This document shows, one piece after another, positions 1 through 28,421 of a stretch of 64,000 nt of DNA. This DNA is from Hormiphora californensis (taxonomy: Eukaryota; Animalia; Ctenophora). The position numbers were made by a program, and so were the translations under genes. The DNA lies in assembly GCA_020137815.1 (NCBI GenBank), contig CM035356.1:5580001-5644000 (forward strand), read 5' to 3'. Each line of letters starts with the position of its first letter. The first letter of the stretch is position 1. A model generated the notes under the pieces. It was given only the letters and a program-made list of their open reading frames with translations, did not search any database and was not told the origin of the DNA.

Positions 1-9335
<9,335 letters not shown>

Positions 9336-9490
9336 TACACTACTAAAATAGAGGACGGGGGTATTACTCTAATAAATTTGTGTGGCATGTAAGTTACCGA
9401 CTTTGGGTGCAGCGAATGTGTAAGGTGGTCCATGTATTGTTAGGGTAAGGACTTGGGGAACATATTTACCAAAAATCTGGGCGCCTTTAA

Positions 9491-9491
<1 letters not shown>

Positions 9492-9588
<97 letters not shown>
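9492..9588. repeat. (TTA)n microsatellite
   Basis: Direct reading. Confidence 0.97.
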
Positions 9589-9589
<1 letters not shown>

Positions 9590-10069
9590 TAAGATCTGTC
9601 ATCATTCATCAATAATGAATAAAGGCCTGTGCACTGACCAGTGACCACCAAACTACTTGACCGTCTTGACTGATCTCAGCCCTAACCACAATCCTTATCC
9701 CAGCCCTAGCCCAAGCCCCACTTTTGCCCAAACCGGGGTACCAGTTTAGCCCAAGCCCCAAAAATCCGTGAGAGCTGACTCTCAAAACACCCAGATTTTG
9801 GCAAATGACGTGGTATAAGTCATAAAGCAGCGCTTTTCAAATCAACGTTTCAAAGCACCGTTTCCTGAAACGTGCGGTGGACCTTCGCGTTAAAAACTTG
9901 GATCACGCGAAACTTCGCGCGAAACTTGGAAACTTGGATCTAATCGCGCGAGCGACAAAATTAAAGTCCGTTTCAAGCGACTTGACCCGTAATTCTTGGA
10001 ATTTGGCGCATTGCGCGTGTATTTACAAAGGGGAAATCTTGAATTTCCAGGAATCTCAGGTCATTGGCA

Positions 10070-11362
10070 GGTAAGTCGGAAGAACGTGTCCGTTTGTCTC
10101 ATGAGGCCTCATGAGACCTCATGAGGCACTCATGAGGCGCCTCATGAGGCCTCATGAGACATTTTCAGCTGTTTTAGTGCCTCATGAGGCCTCATGAGAC
10201 CTCATGAGGCGCCTCATGAGGCACTCATGAGGCCTCATGAGGCCTCATGAGACACTGCTCATGAGGCCTCATGAGACATGTGCCTCATCCCGACTTTGTT
10301 TTGATGTCTCATGAGGCCTCATGAGCAGTTTTGACATGATGCATGTCTCATGAGGCCTCATGAGGCATATCTCATGACACCTTAGAGTTAGTATAGCCAT
10401 AGGGTTAAGGCTAGGGTTAGAGTTAGCACCGGGTTTCGGTTCCAGTTATGGGTACGAGCCTAACCACTAGGCCTAGGGGTTAACCCCAAACTTTTATGAC
10501 AATATGATAAACCTAGGTCCAAGGCCTAGGGTTCAATCCTTAACCCAAACACTAATCCTAACCCTAACTTTAGGTTGGTATTAGGATTAAGGTTAGGGTT
10601 AGTGTTAGGGTTAAGGATAGACTTCTAGGCCTACGCCTATTGGTTGGGGTTAACCCCTAGGCTTAGTGGTTAGGGCTTAGTGGTTAGGTTCGTACTCCTA
10701 ACTGGAACCGAAACCCGGTCCTAACTCTAACCCTAGCCTTAACCCTATGGCTATACTAACTCTAAGGTGTCATGAGATATGCCTCATGAGGCCTCATGAG
10801 ACATGCCTCATGTCAAAACTGCTCATGAGGCCTCATGAGACATCAAAACAAAGTCGGAATGAGGCACATGTCTCATGAGGCCTCATGAGCAGTGTCTCAT
10901 GAGGCCTCATGAGGCCTCATGAGGCGCCTCATGAGGTCTCATGAGGCCTCATGAGGCACTAAAACAGCTGAAAATGTCTCATGAGGCCTCATGAGTGCCT
11001 CATGAGGTCTCATGAGGCGCCTCATAGGGATCCCTAAAAAAGTTCAGTATTTACACAGAGTTTACACAGTCTTTACACAGTCATTACACCCAGAGCGCCC
11101 GCGCCGCTCTGGGTGTAAAGACTGCGTCTTTCGCACTCGATTTGCAGCGTTTTCGGAAACTTTTTTCGCCGCAGCGCTCAATTTACTCAATTGTGCAGCA
11201 CACAATCCAATATTTTCTTAGAAAAAGCCGCAAAACGCAGCACGCGCCGCTCTGGGTGTAATGACTGTGTAAAGACTGTGTAAACTCTGTGTAAATACTG
11301 AACTTTTTTAGGGATCCCTATGAGGCCTCATGAGACAAACGGACACGTTCTTCCGACTTACC
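10070..11362. mobile_element. Non-autonomous foldback DNA transposon, Merlin-like
   Basis: TIR GGTAAGTCGGAAGAACGTGTCC..; 8-bp TSD cattggca (10062-10069, 11363-11370); arms built from CCTCATGAGG palindromes; centre has degenerate TTAGGG/CCCTAA tracts. GGNRM termini plus 8-bp TSD fit Merlin. Confidence 0.8.
11025..11320. mobile_element. MITE (~70-bp TIRs) nested in the Merlin-like element
   Basis: tagggatccctaaaaaagttcagtatttacacagag.. inverted at both ends; removing it restores a cctcatgagg unit (AT TSD or no TSD). Confidence 0.85.
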
Positions 11363-11795
11363 CATTGGCATACGTTGCAGGCCCCTTATAATATAATGCG
11401 GGGGTGCGCGCATGAGGGGGCTGCAGCGCATTCCAACTCAGGTCAAGTCGTTTGAAACGCACTTTATTAAAAACGCGCGAGCGACAAAATTAAAAGCGCG
11501 CGGCTTTAGAAAGTAAATGTTTGGCAGCGCTTTGACCGTTTGTATCGCGCGTTACATTGACTGAGCTGCGACCGGCCGTGATGCGTCCGCGATAATTTTC
11601 CGGTAGAAAAATTCTTTTGAAAAAAACTGTTCCGAAACTGAGTCCGAATTTTTAAAACTGAACTTTCGTTGCTCTTTCGTTGCTCTTTGTCTCTCTGGCC
11701 ATCGATAGGCCAGAGAGGGTTCCAGTCGTTAAGATCAACACGATCTATTATTTATATTTATTACTAGTTGAGTGTACTCAACAAACCAACCCACC

Positions 11796-14700
11796 ATGCC
11801 ATTCACCACTACAGAACACACATTCCGCCCAGATTCACATCTCAGAACTTTCGTGTTGCCTGGACCAGATACAGCTGATGTATTATCCTCCTCAGACGAC
11901 TCATCCATGAACAACTCATCCACCAACAACCTCAGGGAGAGATCCCTTTTGGGTGAATCAGATGCAGTAGACAGTTTCCTTCACGACACACGACATTCAC
12001 TAATGACCAAAATCATGTGTTGCAACTGCTCTGACTCAATATTTTACGCAGTGTTTGAACGATGTCAAGGATGTTATGGCCACCTCCATCCAGAGTGTGT
12101 TCAAAGTACCGGTGAGAGAGACGATGTGGCACGGCCTAATTACACTTATTGTTCCAGTTGTGCCATTTTAAACCCTCCCAAACAGCCTGTCCCCGATTTA
12201 TCACAGAGAAATGTATGGGGAGAGTCAAATGCCGAAGAACTGTATCACACCTTTGCTAAGATTGCAGAGACAACTAGCAGCTGGGTGCCCAACCTATTTG
12301 TCCTCCCTCATGGTCGTGAAGGGCAAAACTTTCTTGATGAGTTAACCAGGCTTGCCAAATTGTTCTCAACCGATCCTGACTCAGAATGTTATGCCCTCTC
12401 AGCATTGGTACTTGCCCCAACGCTGATCTTACAGAAGACCTCCAACAAGGCTAAAGCCTTTGACAACAAACAGCACCTTGCCAGACGTTTGGAAATGTGG
12501 AAGCAAGGCGAGTTTGAAGACTTAGTCAAGGAAGGGAAAGCCCTCCAGAAACCCCTTTCCCCGCGAGACCAGACGAAAGAAAGTTGTCTGAAGAAGTTTA
12601 TCCAGTTAATGAAAAATGGTCAGGTCTCCGAAGCTACTGGATGGCTCGACCCTGGGAGAAGTGAGTCGGGAGTCAAAACAGTCTCCCAAGACGTCTTGGA
12701 TGACCTAGAGTCGAAACACCCTCCCTCATCACCAATCAGCAGCTGTGCGGCGGATCACGGACCCCCCAACGCCCACATCCCACAGACGTTTGAATCGATT
12801 ACTGGAGATGTAATATACAATTGCGCCAGAGTAATGAAAGGATCTGCAGGACCCAGTGGTTTAGACTCAATAGGTCTCAAGCGCATGCTATGTTCACGGA
12901 AATTCAAACGTTCCACCACCGAGCTGAGAGAAGCTTTGGCACTAGTTTCCCGTTCTCTCGCCTGTAAGAAATATCATCCAAGATTCCTAGCGATGTTATG
13001 TGCATCACGGCTCATCCCTTTGAAGAAACCAGACAATGGCACCCGTCCTATCGGCATCGGTGAGACTTTACGTCGTGTCATTTGCAAAGCAGTTATGAAA
13101 TGTCAACGTAAGGAGATCAGACTAGCAGCGGGAAAGTTCCAGATGGCGGCTGGTGTCAGAGGGGGTTGCGAGGCAGCAGTGCATGCTCTACGTCAAAAGT
13201 TCGATAGTGATCAATGTGATGCAGTACTACTGTTAGACGCACAAAATGCGTTCAACACTCTAAACAGAAAACTTACTCTCCACCATGTGGCTGTGCACTG
13301 CCCAATTCTAGATACCTTTCTCAGAAATATCTACGGATGCTCCAGAGACTTATGGGTCGGTGAATCAGTGCTGACGAGTGAAGAAGGAGCCACCCAGGGA
13401 TGCCCCAGTGCCATGGGTATGTACAGTATCGGCATCTCGCCATTGATTGAAAAAGTAAAAGAAGACGACGTGTTCCAGATATTCTTTGCCGACGACGGCA
13501 ATGGTTGTGGCAAATTGGATGGCCTTTACGAATGGTACAGATCTGTGGTTACCAAAGGTCCAGCTCACGGATACATTATAAATCCTAACAAATGTGTGCT
13601 GATTGTAAAACTCGAACATCTGAGTGAAGCAGAGGATATGTTTAGTGATACAGGAGTGACAATCACTACAACAGGCAATCGCCATCTTGGGGCGGTCATA
13701 GGTTCGGAAACCTACAAGAAGGAATATGTATCTGGTGAAGTGACCAAGTGGGCCGAAGCTCTTCAAAACCTAGTGACAATCGCCAAGACTGACCCACACG
13801 TTGCTTATGCAAACTACACAAGGAGCTTCAAATTCAAATGGAGTTATATGCAACGCACAGTTCCTGGAATCGGATTACTCTTTGAACCCCTGGAGAACAT
13901 CATCCGCCACGAATTCATTCCATCTCTGCTCGGCTCACATGTAACGGATCTGCAACGGGAACTCATCGCTCTACCTGTCAAGATGGGGGGTCTAGGAATT
14001 GAAAACCCAATGCTCTCGGCTGACACTGCATACGAGCATTCTCTCCACTGCACAGGCCCATTAGTGGAGCACCTTCTCTCAGATGAAGAACTGGATGGTC
14101 CTACCATAGACAAAATCGAAAAGATCACCAGAGAGAGAACTAAGGAATGCGAAGAAAGGACAATCGAAAGACATCTTGTCCAGATGAAATCCCTGAAAGC
14201 TAGGATGACTGACACGGAAAACCGGTTACAGTCACTAAACCAAGAACCTGGGGCATCCTCCTGGCTGACAGCAAGACCCATCGAAGCACATGGACATCAC
14301 CTGACCAAACAAGAGTTTGTCGATGCGATGCACCTTCGATTTGGATTACCATTTCTCGATCTCCCCGCCAAATGCCCATGTGGGTCCAGTAACAGTGCCG
14401 ATCACGCATTGTCCTGTCACAAAGGTGGTTACACAATCTACAGACACGACCGCCTGAGAGACAACTTTGCTGATATCTTATCCTATGCTGGTGTCAGGTC
14501 TATAGAAACTGAAAAACTCCTACAACCATGTGAGGATTACGACCAAGAAATGCAGCAATATCCGTGGGCAAATACAGATAGAGACGCCCGTATGGACATC
14601 GTGTGCATGGGATTGTGGGCTCCTGACCAGATGTCCTACATGGATGTCAGAGTCTGTCACCCGATGGCAGCTTCTTATCTCAACATCAAGCCATCATCTC

Positions 14701-15005
14701 TGTACAAAAACCACGAGAAGTCCAAGAAGACATGTTACATGAGACGAGTCCAGATTGTCGAGGGCGGGACCTTTTCTCCACTAGTGTTTACCACAACAGG
14801 TGGTGTTGGCCCTGAAATGGACAAAGCGATTAAGAAGACAGCCAAACTTATTGAAAACAAACACGGAGAAATCTACAGTGAGGCTTTGGCGGCAATCAGA
14901 AGGCGGCTCAGATTCTGCCTACTGGTAGCCACCCTGAGGTCGCTGAGAGGATGCCGTACAAAGTACGCCCCAACAGGATTGGAAAACATGGACTTCAATA
15001 TTTGA
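11796..15005 (+). CDS. CRE-clade non-LTR retrotransposon ORF: PHD finger + reverse transcriptase + restriction-like endonuclease
   Basis: Uninterrupted ~1070 aa from CCACCATG at 11796; C4HC3 finger (CCNC..CQGC..HPEC..CSSC); RT motifs RPIGIGETLRR, LLDAQNAFN, EEGATQGCP, FADD; RLE CPCG..HALSC..RHD..RMDI..MDVRV..HEKSK; poly(A) at 15450-15497. Confidence 0.93.
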   Translation: MPFTTTEHTFRPDSHLRTFVLPGPDTADVLSSSDDSSMNNSSTNNLRERSLLGESDAVDSFLHDTRHSLMTKIMCCNCSDSIFYAVFERCQGCYGHLHPECVQSTGERDDVARPNYTYCSSCAILNPPKQPVPDLSQRNVWGESNAEELYHTFAKIAETTSSWVPNLFVLPHGREGQNFLDELTRLAKLFSTDPDSECYALSALVLAPTLILQKTSNKAKAFDNKQHLARRLEMWKQGEFEDLVKEGKALQKPLSPRDQTKESCLKKFIQLMKNGQVSEATGWLDPGRSESGVKTVSQDVLDDLESKHPPSSPISSCAADHGPPNAHIPQTFESITGDVIYNCARVMKGSAGPSGLDSIGLKRMLCSRKFKRSTTELREALALVSRSLACKKYHPRFLAMLCASRLIPLKKPDNGTRPIGIGETLRRVICKAVMKCQRKEIRLAAGKFQMAAGVRGGCEAAVHALRQKFDSDQCDAVLLLDAQNAFNTLNRKLTLHHVAVHCPILDTFLRNIYGCSRDLWVGESVLTSEEGATQGCPSAMGMYSIGISPLIEKVKEDDVFQIFFADDGNGCGKLDGLYEWYRSVVTKGPAHGYIINPNKCVLIVKLEHLSEAEDMFSDTGVTITTTGNRHLGAVIGSETYKKEYVSGEVTKWAEALQNLVTIAKTDPHVAYANYTRSFKFKWSYMQRTVPGIGLLFEPLENIIRHEFIPSLLGSHVTDLQRELIALPVKMGGLGIENPMLSADTAYEHSLHCTGPLVEHLLSDEELDGPTIDKIEKITRERTKECEERTIERHLVQMKSLKARMTDTENRLQSLNQEPGASSWLTARPIEAHGHHLTKQEFVDAMHLRFGLPFLDLPAKCPCGSSNSADHALSCHKGGYTIYRHDRLRDNFADILSYAGVRSIETEKLLQPCEDYDQEMQQYPWANTDRDARMDIVCMGLWAPDQMSYMDVRVCHPMAASYLNIKPSSLYKNHEKSKKTCYMRRVQIVEGGTFSPLVFTTTGGVGPEMDKAIKKTAKLIENKHGEIYSEALAAIRRRLRFCLLVATLRSLRGCRTKYAPTGLENMDFNI

Positions 15006-15070
15006 AACATGTGTGAGATTTTATTTATTTATGTATAGTAATATTTGAGTGATTTTAAGATTTATTTATT

Positions 15071-15442
15071 ACTAACCCCAACACCGGGGGCAAATGATCG
15101 AACCCAATGTGAATGAGACTCATCGCGATTAACTCTTCATATGGTTACGCTCCAGTTGCAGATTGGAGGCTGGCTCCAGTTTCTGGCGCCAGCCTCCAGT
15201 CTGCAACTGGCGCAAGCTGGGAGAGTCCCTGTGCGCGCCAAATCTTCGTTGACTAGCAGGGTTTTCGATGTGAATTGCATGTAAAGTAGCGCGCGCGGCA
15301 GTGTCAGCAGTGTCAGCAGGGGCCTGCTTCATTGTAACTAACGTCAGTCGCAAAATCTCTAACTGAACCCTTACCCCCTTTCTCTCTTCGGCAGCTTCTC
15401 TTCGGCTGTTGGAAAGTGATGCCAATCGGTGTTGGGGTTAGT
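15071..15442. mobile_element. Short-TIR element within the CRE 3' UTR
   Basis: 16-bp perfect inverted repeat actaaccccaacaccg / cggtgttggggttagt between the stop codon and poly(A). Confidence 0.55.
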
Positions 15443-15462
15443 GAATTTTAAAAAAAAAAAAG

Positions 15463-15495
<33 letters not shown>

Positions 15496-15500
<5 letters not shown>

Positions 15501-15935
15501 CCTTAAGATCTGTGACAGGCACAAGGAATGTTACGCTGAAACCATGTCCTTCATTCGTGAAAAGACACGATTCAGCTTACTGAGATCAACACTTGTTGTG
15601 CTTAGGGGCACCAAGAGACGTGTGATCCCAGTCAGAGTGGAAGATGTTGACTTTCGAGATAAAGTCCATTTTTATTCAACTGTTCACCCCCCAACTCGTG
15701 CGCGTGCGATATTTTAATTTACGCTGCGCGCGCTACACGTTAACATGTGATAGACGCGCAAAAAAATTCCGCGCACGACTTTGGGGGTGAACAGTTGAAA
15801 AAAAATGGAGTATACATGAGCAGAGAGAGGGAGAATGAGTATATGAGGGTGTGTGGGTGATTTATTGTAATTTATTGTTCCATTTTTCTTCGTTCCTTAT
15901 TTAATTTTAAGAAACTGTTTTTTATTAAAAAACGA
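15496..15935 (+). pseudogene. 3' fragment of a second, divergent CRE-family element
   Basis: Translates KICDRHKECYAETMSFIREKTRFSLLRSTLVVLRGTKRRVIPVRVEDVDF, aligning to the upstream ORF end (LIENKHGEIYSEALAAIRRRLRFCLLVATLRSLRGCR..ENMDF). Confidence 0.8.
15660..15814. mobile_element. MITE with probable TA TSD interrupting the CRE fragment
   Basis: tccatttttattcaactgttcacccc..gtgcgcg inverted at both ends; excision restores ..DFRDT-stop. Confidence 0.7.
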
Positions 15936-16020
15936 AAGTCAAAACACGCTCAGGTGGTTGAAAGGCCTTACATATTTTCCTTACAAGTTACAGTATATGT
16001 AATGTATACATTTTAGAGTT

Positions 16021-16480
16021 AATAATGATAATAATTACAGTCCTTGGACCTCGTTTGCTCGGTACTCCGCCCCTACGGCCTACACAGTCGCCGATCCTCT
16101 GCAGTCTGCACCTTGGCCCAGCTGTGGAGCCTGGAGGGTTCCACCACCACAGTCCACACCGCCCCTGAGCCAGCCCACAAGTCTTGTAATCGTCTTAGTG
16201 TATAAACCACATGTAGGTATCCATTCCTTACAGACGTAACCCTCCTCCTCCTTGGACCCTGGGTCTGTCTGACGGTACCGGACCCCGGTGCGCTCAGATA
16301 GGGTCGGCGGTGCCAGACAGCCCTGGATACAGTTTGTATCTAGTCCAATATTCATTATTAATTTGTTTTGTGTATCCGAGTACCGGTGGGCGATCCAGAA
16401 ATCTCTTCAGCCAATTGCTCATAACTATCTTGAACGAAGCCAGGTCTTTCGCTGAGTTTACTTCGCTGGGGAAGTCAGCT
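16021..16480 (-). mobile_element. Degraded CR1/L2-type LINE 3' end
   Basis: Minus frame FPSEVNSAKDLASFKIVMSNWLKRFLDRPPVLGYTKQINN resembles the CR1-group ORF2 C-terminus; (ATT)n-like tail at ~16021-16036. Confidence 0.6.
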
Positions 16481-17615
16481 TGAAAGCAGAATTTTTGGCG
16501 TCGTATCTGCGGATAAAGTGCGATTTTTCATAATGTGAACAGGGGGCATGTAGTCAAAGAATTATACTTTCGTGTGACAAACCATCTTCTTCTTCTTCTT
16601 CGAGTGTCGGGTGTGAAGCCCTAAAGAACTATCGCGACTTTCGTCACTGCGACAAACCATTTGAATCATATTTTTGTGTTGCTCGACCCTGTTTTACTGT
16701 GCCCCGCACGTGGCACACAAATGTAAAGGAGGGTTAGAACGAAACAATTCCTGATAAGATAAAGACTTAATCTTTGTTGCATTGAAAATATCTTAAAATT
16801 ATCTTTCCAACGCTTTTAGGAACAAGTCTTTACTGCATTCAGATTTATCACAAGCAAATTAAATACAATTCTTTGAATATGCGGCGGCCGTTCAAATTAT
16901 TGAAAATCATACTTTAATAACCCCCACTTGCTCTCACACGAAAAAAAAATAATTTGAAGAATTCTAGGTCAAGAAACAAGGGCGTGAGAGCCAAAATAAG
17001 TTTCCAACACACAAACAAAAATAGAGTGTGCTACCCAGGGTTCGAACAGAAAAAAGAACTATTAAGTAGTCCATGGGACATAACTCACCTCGCTCCCCAA
17101 ATTACACGATGTCTGACAGACACTACTCATTACCTACCATTTAGTGATCCTGCTGGGGTTGTCAGTGCGATGTCTGACCCCCCCCCCCCCTTCTCTCTCT
17201 CCCTCTCTCGCTTCGCTCAGGACATGAAAATGTGTGATGCCAGACATATCTGACAGTTCTGAGGGATTAGGTCTTATCTGAGCACTTTTTCTTTAAATCG
17301 CTTGACACTGTCTCCGTGCTCCGTATGAACGATTCAACTTCTTCTAAGGTTGCCAGGTTAGAGGAACCTTGAGGGTCGAACCTTGAGGGTTGAACCTTGA
17401 GGGTCGAACAAGGCAAGAGGAACCCAAGCGACTATCGCGACTTGTGTCAATGCGATGTGGTCGACAGTTTTGAATGCTCGTGAAATGTAGCTGACCACTT
17501 ATTGTATTGGTTCACCAGAAAATAAAACCAATCAGAAGATGCAGAATAATGAGGTACTTCATACTTCACGTTTCATCATTCTGATACCATTCTGATCACG
17601 TCGTAATACCTGGTC

Positions 17616-17725
<110 letters not shown>

Positions 17726-19507
17726 CGCTCGCTCAGGACTAAATGTGATCCACTCTCTCAGTTCTGGGGACAGTCCTTTGCACTTTTTCTTTCCATCCTC
17801 TGCACTGTTCCTGCTCCGTAGCTTTCACTTCTTCTACGTTGCTTCGCCAAAGGGCCATGAAAATGTGTGTGCCAACATGTGTCGACAGTTTTGGGGACGT
17901 CGTCTTGAAAGTAGGGCCACTTTTTTTTAAAAATCGAATTGCAAAACTGTTTCATCTACGTTTCATCTTCGTAATGAACGATTCAAACTTCTCACTACGG
18001 TTGCAATAGAGTAACCCAATCACGTCGCGACTTTGCAATGCGATGTGGTCCGCCATTTTTATTGACCTTGTCGAATTTTATACTCACTTTTGGTTTCACA
18101 GATAAATGCCCAAACTTATATGCGTTGGGGCACTTCCTTCGGCTACCACTGAACACTTCTCGAGCAATTCTGCCCGGAAGTCGGAATACCTGGTCTTGAC
18201 AGAAAAATGGGTTTGAATAAGACACAGAGATAAACGGTCCTTTAACCGAATCACGAAGCGTGTCATACAGCAAAACTAACCAATGCAACCCTTCCCGGCT
18301 CTAATAGTCCGACATTTTCGAAAGCCCTAATGGGGATTTTCTAACAATCCACTCACTTTGTTTCAGAATAAAGCCTTTTAGTGCTGTCCTCTGGTTAGAC
18401 ACTGACAGCTGTCCCCCTTTCTTTGTGGGGAACGTAATTTTCATCACATAGAAGCCAAACCTTGAGCACCAGCAATGTCCCACCACACGACGGATGCGGT
18501 ATTTGAACAAATCACCGAAAGTGTTTGCAGTGCTCAGGTAGCAAAATAACCTGACCTTCTTTTCACACTGGTAAATCAGTCCGACATTTTCCCAAAGGGC
18601 CTGCAATAAAAGGCTTTCCTCCAATCCAGCTCCTTTTCTCTATTAATACACCCGGCTAATTGTAGTAGTTTTTCACTAACTCCCTCCCGCGCGGGCATCT
18701 ATTCAATAGACGCACTGCAGAGCAGTGCGTCTATTGAGCTGTAATGCACGGGTCCCGAAGGGACCCGTGCGTTACAGCCCTGTAAATCCCGAGCGTCAGC
18801 GAGGGGTTTACAGGTATTTCTGCACGTAAAGGAGGGAGTTGTGTTCTATAGACCCCGCTGGCGGGCACCTAGAAGCAAAACAAGCACAAATTAGGTGGTT
18901 GACACAGAGAGAGCTCACACAAAACGGGTCAAACAGTTAGAAATGAAGCTACAGAGTGCCTCTCTACATTCCTACATACTCGTAACAATCGTTGTAACAG
19001 TTTCAAAGCGTGGAATGCAGAGAGAGATTACAGTTAATTGTGGGTCATGAGCAACAGTTGCAACAGACTGGCGGGCGCCAAATATAGACAGAGAGCGTTG
19101 TAGGTTGTACACACACTCCCTCTTGAGTTACCAAGTCATTTTATCGTGTTTCCAGTGATTCTTTGTGATCTTTACACAAATCTGTCAGAGGGCGTGCGTC
19201 TATCGAGACACAAACTCACGGCAGTGCACGGCCCAATAGACCAGTGCAAATTGTTTGAGCGCGCCGTGCGTCTATTTGAGCCGGCGGGGTCTATATGCAC
19301 ATAATGCATAGAATATGCACATTCATGCCACTATATTTCATTAGAAGTTGCTCCGTGGGTTGCTCCGTGGGTGGTAAATGGTCATTCGCCATTCAAGGTC
19401 ATTCGCCATCTCTTGCATAGCTATTATATTTGAACTTCTCAGTGCTCATGGTCCAGCACCAAATCAATGGAGTCATTTTCTTTCAATCTCGTGTTCTAGC
19501 GTTTTAC

Positions 19508-19759
19508 ATTGACCCACGTAGAAGACGTCTCCCACCGAGAGTGCTCAACTGGTTACCCAAGAGCTCAATAAGTAGTTTTACGTTGATGAAAGTTTGAAAC
19601 TTTCATCAACTACAACGTAAAACTATTTAGTTCTACATTGATCTGATTTCTCTCCGCGTTCCCAAGATCCAGTGCCCTCAATATTCAAATCTCTGACGTG
19701 GCTTTGAGTCACTACTACGAGGAGGGTGGAGCGCGGGAAGAGAGAGCGAGAGAGAGTGA

Positions 19760-19825
<66 letters not shown>

Positions 19826-19878
19826 TATAGAGAGAGGGAGAGAGAGAGAGAGAGATAGAGAGAGGGAGGTTATATAAA
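19508..19878 (+). promoter_or_regulatory. Putative UPR promoter of the BiP-like gene
   Basis: TGACGTGG (UPRE consensus) 19694-19701; ATTGACCCACG (1 mismatch to ERSE-II ATTGGNCCACG) 19508-19518; TATATAAA 19871-19878. Confidence 0.55.
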
Positions 19879-20057
19879 TCTTGAGACCCGGATGTGCTTC
19901 ATGACTGCCACTTTTCTACTGCTTGTTACGTTTAGCTGCAGCAACAGCACCCGTCCTCAAGAGGGGGGATATCTCTTAAAAGCTGCATTTTGAGACGCAA
20001 TACTTATAGTTTATAGTTGTGTTCCACTATCTATCGACCGACCCCCCCCCCCCCAGT

Positions 20058-20114
<57 letters not shown>

Positions 20115-20473
20115 AATATCGAGCTATGATCTTCTAACTGCTTCTGTCCTATCAGTTTTACGACATTTACTTTGAACTTCCTCTTTTTCAACTTATTTAG
20201 AATTTATCTGTTATCTTGATTTACGCAATGCATACCGGTTAAATGATTCCCTATCCACTACTTTAGAACACAGTTTAAACTACTGTTTATCGGGCATGCA
20301 CAGCTGAACGCAATTTTTCTCTGCCATTTCATAACCAAACCCTTTCCCTTGATAATCCACTGTAGAGTTTCCAAATTCCTGTTCTCTTTCGTCATCTGCC
20401 TGGCTATAGTTTTGTTTATTTTATCAATCAATAAATAATATTAGCTACATTAACTCCTGTGTTATATATAGCT

Positions 20474-28421
<7,948 letters not shown>

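Larger units (their letters stand above)
9962..11466. mobile_element. Outer MITE-like element with ~26-bp imperfect TIRs, interrupted by nested insertions
   Basis: taaagtccgtttcaagcgacttgacc (9962) vs ggtcaagtcgtttgaaacgcacttta (~11441-11466), 2 mismatches as inverted repeat. Confidence 0.55.

Noticed and set aside
10381-10770. Interstitial telomere or chromosome fusion site
   Set aside because: Repeats are degenerate and internal to a TSD-flanked transposon.
11755-15074. 12-bp direct repeat tatttattacta as TSD of the CRE element
   Set aside because: AT-rich, overlaps a TIR and would exclude the poly(A) tail.
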